Shown here piece after piece: positions 55,985 to 64,000 of a stretch of 64,000 nucleotides of DNA. Each line of letters opens with the position of its first letter. Within the stretch, counting starts at the first letter, position 1. A model generated the notes under the pieces. That model was not told where the DNA came from, searched no databases, and was given only the letters and a program-made list of their open reading frames with translations. This DNA is from Octopus vulgaris. Lineage: Eukaryota. Made by a program: the position numbers and the translations under genes. The DNA is taken from assembly GCA_951406725.2 (NCBI GenBank), contig OX597822.1, positions 65,596,001 through 65,660,000 on the forward strand, read 5' to 3'.

Positions 55985-56153
55985 GCGCATGAGTGGCTGT
56001 GTGGTAAGTAGCTTGCTTACCAGCCACATAGTACCGGGTTAATTCCCACTGCGTGGCACCTTGGGCAGGTGTCTTCTACTATAGCCGCCGGCCGGCCGAC
56101 CGAAGCCTTGTGAGTGGATTTGGTAGACAGACTGAAAGAAGCCTGTCGTATAT

Positions 56154-56232
<79 letters not shown>

Positions 56233-56459
56233 GAGTGTGTATGTTTGTGTCTCAGTGTTTGTCTCCCAACATCATTTGACAATCGATGCTGGTGTGTTTA
56301 CGTCCCTGTAACTTGGCGGTTCGGCAAGAGAGACCGATAGAATAAGTACTGGGCTTACAAAGAATAAGTCCTGGGGTTGATTTGCTCGACTAAATGTGGT
56401 ACTCCAGCATGGCCGCAGTCAAATGGCTGAAACAAGTAAAAGAGTAAAAGAGAGTAAAA
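55985..56459 (+). mobile_element. SINE family A, full length
   Basis: Head, body, internal (TA)n and AGTAAAAGAG tail. Confidence 0.92.
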
Positions 56460-57179
56460 CATGAGAGAACACACAGGAAATATCATAGGAGCTTCTACAC
56501 AAGACGACACAGATTCCTTATGGGAAAAAATTCTGGAGTGAAGATGAGATTAAGCAGAATGTTCTGTGGCTGGAAGAAATATGAGTACCAAGACATTCCA
56601 GAATATATTATATTGCGTCGATGGCGATATCCTTCCGGTTTTAATTCAAAAATTTTACAATGGGAAAGCGCTTGAAATGTCTTGATTTTTGGATACTGCG
56701 ATACGAAGCTGACTTACCAGTCGTATCTTATCAATCTGTCTCAGCAGGTTCCTAAGGGGAAATTAGTATAATGGGAATATTTGCATACCAAAGGGTTTTT
56801 ACTCTAGCAGAAACAAAATTGATACCCCAAAACAGATCTATTCAATTGATAAAGAATTATCGGTAATGTAAAAGATATATTCAGCCTGTTTAAACCTTTT
56901 CTCCCAAGACTATTGGGGAAATAGTAATATGATCAGAGAAGAACAAGAAACTGAGAAGAAGGGAGTTTGATGATGAATATAGCAACTGTTGATCAACAGA
57001 AATGCATTATCAGTGGCATGTAATTAATAGAGACAGCGGTAAGCAATGTTTACCAAAAAATAAATAAATAATTGTCAGTACATATAACTATGGTGTAAGA
57101 AACACATACATTGCTAGAAATGAGAGCTAAAATTCTCTAACGCTGTAGTCGAAGCACATAATTGTATACATATACACTG

Positions 57180-57706
57180 GAGGCGCAATGGCCCAGTGGT
57201 TGGGGCAGCGGAAACGCGGTCGTAGGATCATGGTTTCGATTCACAGACCGAGCATTGTGAGTGTTTATGGCATTGTGAGTGTTTACTGAGCGAAAACACT
57301 TAAAGCTGAACGAGGCTCCGGCAGAGGGTGGTGGTGAATCTTGCTGTTCTCTTTCATCACACCTGTCTCTCACTCTTTCTTCCTGTTTCTGTTGTACCTG
57401 TATTTCAAAGGGCCAGCCTTGTCACACTCTGTGTCACGCTGAATCTCCTCGAGAACTACGTTAGGGGTACACGTGTCTGTGGAGTGCTCAGCCACTTGCA
57501 CGTTAATAAATGAGTTGTGGCGTCACTGGTGCCAAGTTGTATCGGCCTTTGCCTTTCCTTTGGATAACATCGATGGAGTGAAGAGAAGAGGCTGGTATGC
57601 GTGGGCAACTGCTGGTCTTCCATAAACAACCATGCCCAGACTTGCGCCTTGGAGAATAACTTCCTAGGTGCAATCCCATGGTCATTCATGACCGAAGGGA
57701 GTCACA
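57180..57706 (+). mobile_element. Chimeric SINE family C (head, delta, tail beta, tail gamma) with TSD
   Basis: Modules match 59060-59160, 35590-35700 and 13590-13780. ATACACTG is repeated at 57172-57179 and 57707-57714. Confidence 0.88.
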
Positions 57707-58930
57707 ATACACTGAGAGGGACTGTGAATGTAAAGCGCACACTCAGTGTGGCTTATATATTTTGAAAGAATAATTTGCATAATTCTTGAAAGAACCTTAT
57801 TTCCTACAAGCGAATGATCCTTAAATTGTTATCGTGATGCTTGAGCCAAAATCCAATTTGTACTCAGCAGCTTACATCACAAAAATTTAGGCATTCGCAA
57901 CAAAGAAATTCTCAGTAAATTACGATACCTACGATACCTAGTGGGCCTGAATATAGTTTTGTCACTGCTTTATATAAAATAATCATGGTTAATATGTGTC
58001 TGTACAAAGCCTCATCACATCTGATTACTAACTTCACCCTGGCTCCTCTCTCTGTAGTCGGAATAATTTTAGATGATGTCATACAAACATTTAAAATTCA
58101 AGTGTACAAGTATTTATTGACATTTTGCATGCCTGCAAATACAATGTGATCTTTCGTGACTTGTTGAGGTTATCTCTAAAAGAAATATCCAATAACGATA
58201 TTGTTTTGAGATTGATTGTAACGCACACAGTCAGTCGAATGCATTCATACATATATATCTACCTAGATTGAAAAAGTACATACACACGTATATATGATTA
58301 CATATATGCAAGTGTATAAATATGCACATAGTATATAGATACATCCGTATGTACATAGATACAAGCACACATACACATATATATATACTGATAGATACAA
58401 AGAGAAAGGCAGCAGAGATACATATATTTTTATTAATTTTCAATTAAACCTTAAATCGAGACATCCATAAATATAAGTACATACAATAAAAGCTTATTAA
58501 GAAATCAATATCTCCAATAAGTATAAACACTTAGAAATTAACTGACAACCGTATGTGAATGCCGATACATTAAATAATAATTCTTCAATAATTCTAAGAC
58601 TACATTACGAGACACAATTCGACGATTTCATTATATAGGCACATAAATCAGACAAGCAGAGTATTTGACTTCTAATATCATCAATTGATTAGATGGTTTT
58701 CAGCTTTGTTTAAATAATTATTTCAATTGATAGAATTCTAAGGTAGAATCATTGACACTGCTGAATTAAATCGTATAAAGAGACCATCACATTGTATATC
58801 TAAATATACCTAACGTAAGTATGACTTCAGAACACGCCATCGAGACGGGGTTGGGGGTGCTACAAACTGAAAGTCAACGAATCTACTAGAAATATTAGCC
58901 AAATTTGCCTTGAGTGCCATCGATTAATAT

Positions 58931-59242
58931 TGTTGTTGTTGTTGTTTGTTCCTTCTCGAGCCGTTCCTGGCTCATAGGGTCGGTTTCCCGGTTTCCTTGG
59001 CGTAAAGGTTCCCCACCTGGACTGGACGCCGGTCCGTCGCAAGTGAGCTGCAAGATGCAGGAGGAAAGAGTGAGAGAAAGTTGTGGTGAAGAGTCAGCAG
59101 AAGTTCGCCATTACCGTCTGCCAGAGCCGCATGAAGCTTAGGTGCTTCGCTCATAAACATACACATCGCCCGGTCTGAGATTCGAACCCGCGATCCCTCG
59201 ACCGCGTGTCCGCTGCTCTAACCACTAGGCCATGTGCCTCCA
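58931..59242 (-). mobile_element. SINE family C (head, delta, tail alpha, (AAC)n end) with TSD
   Basis: GGTTCGAATC B-box. TSD CATCGATTAATAT at 58918-58930 and 59243-59255. Confidence 0.9.
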
Positions 59243-59329
59243 CATCGATTAATATACCTGTTTTTAATGTGTTTGAAGATGATTTCTCTCTTTTCTTTTA
59301 ACTTTTTAAAGCTTGATATTTATTCTCCG

Positions 59330-59570
59330 GTTTTACCAAAACTAATTGTTATGGAGACAAACGAAGACCTGTTTTGAAGCAGTAGTGGAATACTGGCACA
59401 TACATATACAAGCATATTTACAAGATAGACTTCCGCATAGTTTCCGTCTACCAGCTTCACTTGCAAGACATTAATCAGTCCCAAGCTATATAAGACAATT
59501 CCGAAGTTGCCGAACAGTGGGACTGAACCTGAAACCCAGTGGTTGCAATACATACTTCTTAATCTCACAT
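59330..59570 (-). mobile_element. Decayed SINE family A
   Basis: AGTTTCCGTCTACCA and CAGTGGGACTGAACC motifs. Confidence 0.65.
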
Positions 59571-60239
59571 TGACTAGCTCGATGATATATACCCATACTC
59601 ACAAACTGGAATAAAATACAACTAACACGTTAAAGTCTGGAATGTATTTGATCATAGATATACTGACGACAGAACGTTACCTTGTAGCACACCACGGAGT
59701 ATTGATTCCAACTACCAGTACTTTTACTTCAAATCATGCAAAAACTGTGCGCTTCGGTCTCAATAGAAATGTACAAAAGTCACTGCTGTGAATTGGTCGA
59801 ACTGTAAGAATATTATGCTGAAATCCTTATAGTATTCTTTCAGCTGTTTACTTTCTGACTTCAAATGACGCCAAGATGTCCTTGGGATGGTTTCGAACCA
59901 AATCGGTAGAATTTAACGGAGTCCGATGCGTTGCATGCATTCGGACCAGGTCTATCGTTTCCTGATGACTTCTACTCTCTTCGCCACCACGCTATTCCGC
60001 CAATACTGGATCATTCAATACTATCCCTCCTGCCTAAAGAATAAATGATAAAAAGATACACCACTGCCTGACTCATCCCACACTGCCGGTGTTCCTAATA
60101 TGCTCTTTCCATGTATTAAAATTGAGACACAGTATACATCTAAAAAATCTTATTATCAAACCCTGAATATTTTATAAACATAAATAAATGTGTAATAAAT
60201 TCCAATGGTATATGAATTCGCATATTCATTTTTCGGAGA

Positions 60240-60717
<478 letters not shown>

Positions 60718-61547
60718 AATGTCTTAAAATATTTTCTATACCATTCCTTTATAAGAGAGATCAGTGAGAAACAGTTACATGCTTATGCCACTGTGTGTGA
60801 GAGCGTGAGATTTTGGATGCAAGAGAGAAATTAGTGAATGAATTAGAACGAGGCTTTGAGACAAGAGGAGAGTTCATAAAAGATGACGGAAGAATTAAAG
60901 AGAAACTGAAATATAAACTAAATATACTTCCCTACATCTTGCTAACGCAGCTATTCCCCCATTCTTCCATTGCAAATATCACCCATTCCAGGTATGTTTT
61001 CTTGATTCTTGCCCTCAAGACACGCAGTCGTTATCGGGGATGTGATCTGAGATGTCTAACTTCGTACATTGTGCTCTGGTACCATTTTGAAGCTATGAGC
61101 AAATTTTGGAAAATATTTTTTGACAATCGGTGACGTGTTTAAGGCAAGAGACATCGACTATTACATTGATCGGTACTGGACAGCGACTGAAGGACGACAA
61201 AATAATATAGATAAGAAAAGTTCTGACGATTATGGTTCAGAAATTTAAATATTAACGAGACGACCCGCGGAGATGATGTCCAAAGATGTTTTCAAATAAT
61301 ATTTCTCGGTACATCAGACAGCTATCTGTCAATATATATTCTTCTCTTCATCCATAAGAGCATCTATGTATTTACATACATAAAATATTTTCATTGAATA
61401 TTGATTATAATTTGTAGATATATGTGTCAACAGCATTTTCCTAAAAACATAAATACTGTTACGTATGCACCTCTGGGATATATAACTAATATATACATAA
61501 CCACATATTGAAACACGCACACACTCACACACAAACAGACTGGCACA

Positions 61548-61632
<85 letters not shown>

Positions 61633-61739
61633 ATATATATACGTACTGACATACAAGGTGAAACACGACGAAGGTAAATATATGAAGAATAAGGTATGGA
61701 ATATTGAATTTAAAAAAAAACCCACTTGGATCGAGAAGA

Positions 61740-62160
61740 AACCTGGGACTGCCTGGGAGAGTCGAATCGGAATTCTCTGTAAAAATGCCGAGCGTTCTAA
61801 CATGGCAAAGAAACTTCGGATGCTTGTTGATCATTTTAGAACTTTCTTGTAACCGAGAATTTCATGTTGCTTACGGTATAAAAATCTTGTAACATGGAAT
61901 ATATGTGCCACAAGTCACACGTGAATCTTACTGTGCATCCATCCAAGGAAGTTTTTTGATCCACTATTCTACGCTCTATTATATATAGCTTTGCAACCTG
62001 TGATCTCTACCGTTAGGAACGGTTTATAACTCATTCTCAGATTTTCCATGCGTTTCTTACAACAAAAGCGCTTAGTATTGACGGGCACAGAATTTGAAAC
62101 GACTTGTGCTATGTTTGTACCACCGGACAACAAGAAACTTTCGTCTAAAGCGTAAATAGC
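61740..62160 (-). pseudogene. Possible highly decayed PLE GIY-YIG endonuclease remnant
   Basis: Minus-strand pieces in changing frames, LDESFLLSGGTNIAQV, KKRMENLRMSYK, CDLW and INKH..EVSLPC*NARHF, follow the order of PLE EN motifs. Confidence 0.4.
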
Positions 62161-62949
62161 AATGGTGTATAATAAAAGAATAAGAATGCGTTACAGGCTG
62201 ACTTCTAAGGAAAGGTTTATATCCCACCTGTTCCGGATCGTGTTTCTTAGTCTTCTAAATACTAGAGTTGTTAACGCATCCCAGATTTTCAGGCAATTTC
62301 ATCCATTCGGTATTATACAGCAGATAAACATATGTGAAAATTCCTACATCAGTACTATCCTCAATGATAATATATTTCCGTCAATTAATAACATAATACA
62401 TTTTTCTTTTACATTTCAGCCAAATAATTCGTAGATACAATCAATTTATCAGAGACGTTACGTATGCGGATTGTGTCAGGATAACTTATATCTATGGACA
62501 TGACGATAATGAGTGACAGATATTTTCGTTAAATATTTGAGTGTTCCATGAAAAACAAAAACAAAAAAAACAACAGGAAAGTGCCAAAGTAGGATGGCCA
62601 CACACACCCCTTTTAAACCCGTCTATCAACTGACAATATTGACGTCTAAAGTCTCTATAATTCGTTCTGTCCTGTAGGCTATACCTATTACTGTAATAAT
62701 CTGCCAGATCGCTTCGTAGTCGGCATTAAATGCAATGAAGTTGAAGAGCAAGGACACTTAATATATTTTCTAATTTGTTGATCTGTCTGGCTAAACAAAT
62801 GGCATCAACTGCGCTTCGCCTAGGTTTAAAACCGAATTGATATTCCCTCCTTCACCCTTCTTTCTCCTTCTCTCTCGCTTACATTCTTCACTTTCTCTTT
62901 CTCTCTCTCTCTCTCTCACTCTCTGTATGTATATATATATATATTCCAC

Positions 62950-63345
62950 AGAAATAGCGTTCGTAATACTTTTTTTCGTTCGGCTTAACAGCCCTTTTTG
63001 TCTTGTTATTTTCCTTGTCCTGTCTTTTACTGCTTATATTTTGTACTGTCGTTACTGTCCTGTTTTTGTTACCATTTTAACCTCTCTGCAAAAAGATCTC
63101 AAATTTTATTTGCTTTGCTTTTCGCAGGAAGGAAAGTTTCTGTCGAAGATACGTCTCGCCTTCACCTTCGAAACGTAGATTAGATGAAACCATGGCGACT
63201 GAAGAAGAGGTCTTTTCCTTGTATTATTTGTCCTGTACTCTATTTTTTTGTTGTTTAAGAAAAATGTCGAGTTCCTTGGCTTTGTGTCTGTTTTCGTTTC
63301 TCATTGTGTTCGACGTTTTTGGTGTCCTGTACTCATATATACGTG
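62950..63345 (+). mobile_element. PLE pLTR-like family E copy
   Basis: Colinear with 17020-17325 (CTCAAA.TT.ATTT, TGTCGAAG...TCGAAA, TAGATGAAA, ACTGA.GAAG, GTCCTGTAC.CATATAT). Confidence 0.6.
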
Positions 63346-63409
63346 CATATATACATGTAGAGGTAGGTACGTACATATATGTATATATATGTATATGTTT
63401 TATTTATTA

Positions 63410-63725
63410 ATATATTATATATATATATACATATACATATATACATGCCTGTATAGACACACACACACATTATACTTATTTATACATATGCATAAATATA
63501 TATATGCTATACATATATGTGTATACATATATATATATATAAATGCTATATATATATATGTATATATAAAAGTATGTATACATACATATATACATACATA
63601 TACATATATACATACATATATACATACATATATATGTATATATGTATATATATATATATATATTATATATATATATATACACATATATATATACATATAT
63701 GTATACATATATATATACATATATA

Positions 63726-63756
<31 letters not shown>

Positions 63757-63786
63757 GTATATGTATATATATGTATATATATATAC

Positions 63787-63832
<46 letters not shown>

Positions 63833-63855
63833 TTATATATCTGTATATATATGTC
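63410..63855. repeat. Degenerate (TA)n/(TACA)n microsatellite, representative of dozens of such tracts in the window
   Basis: Read directly. Confidence 0.95.
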
Positions 63856-64000
63856 TAAGCATACGAAACCACGCACGTACGTTCAGACGAAAAGAATAGA
63901 ACAATCAGGTACCAAAGAGAATAAAAGAGAGACACACATATACAGAGAAATTTTGCGAAGGGACGAAAGGCTGAATCAAGCCTTCATTTATTTATTTATT

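Noticed and set aside
56515-57060. Possible Tc1 transposase relic (WEKIL..S.DE.K-like codons near 56521-56555)
   Set aside because: It requires frameshifts to read, no TIRs were found, and the downstream DLNPIE motif is not convincing.
61217-61258. CTGACGA...GAAA-TTTAAA-TA hammerhead-like string
   Set aside because: There is no stable stem II and stem I is out of register.

Overview
This is AT-rich eukaryotic non-coding DNA saturated with microsatellites. The SINE families look like those of a coleoid cephalopod, probably Octopus; this is recognition by eye, not a database result. No host protein-coding gene, rRNA, real tRNA gene or CRISPR array is supported, and nearly all listed ORFs are translated simple repeats. 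The window holds about 30 tRNA-headed SINE copies from three main groups, two decayed CR1-group LINE reverse-transcriptase fragments, a Tc1/mariner-type MITE, a probable non-autonomous Helitron and many Penelope-like element (PLE) remnants. The main hidden signal is a dense set of type I hammerhead ribozyme (HHR) motifs in at least six unrelated repeat families. Highlights: (1) a near-identical 362-bp tandem array at 51474-52373, with a U3-A8 variant hammerhead at each unit junction and a start 2 nt from the predicted cleavage site, i.e. a retrozyme-like unit; (2) a two-copy element joining a Pol III tRNA-type head, an (AAT)n linker and a hammerhead tail; (3) a perfect 161-bp inverted repeat carrying a hammerhead; (4) a GIY-YIG endonuclease remnant followed by a near-canonical hammerhead. 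All structures were read by eye and none were computed.
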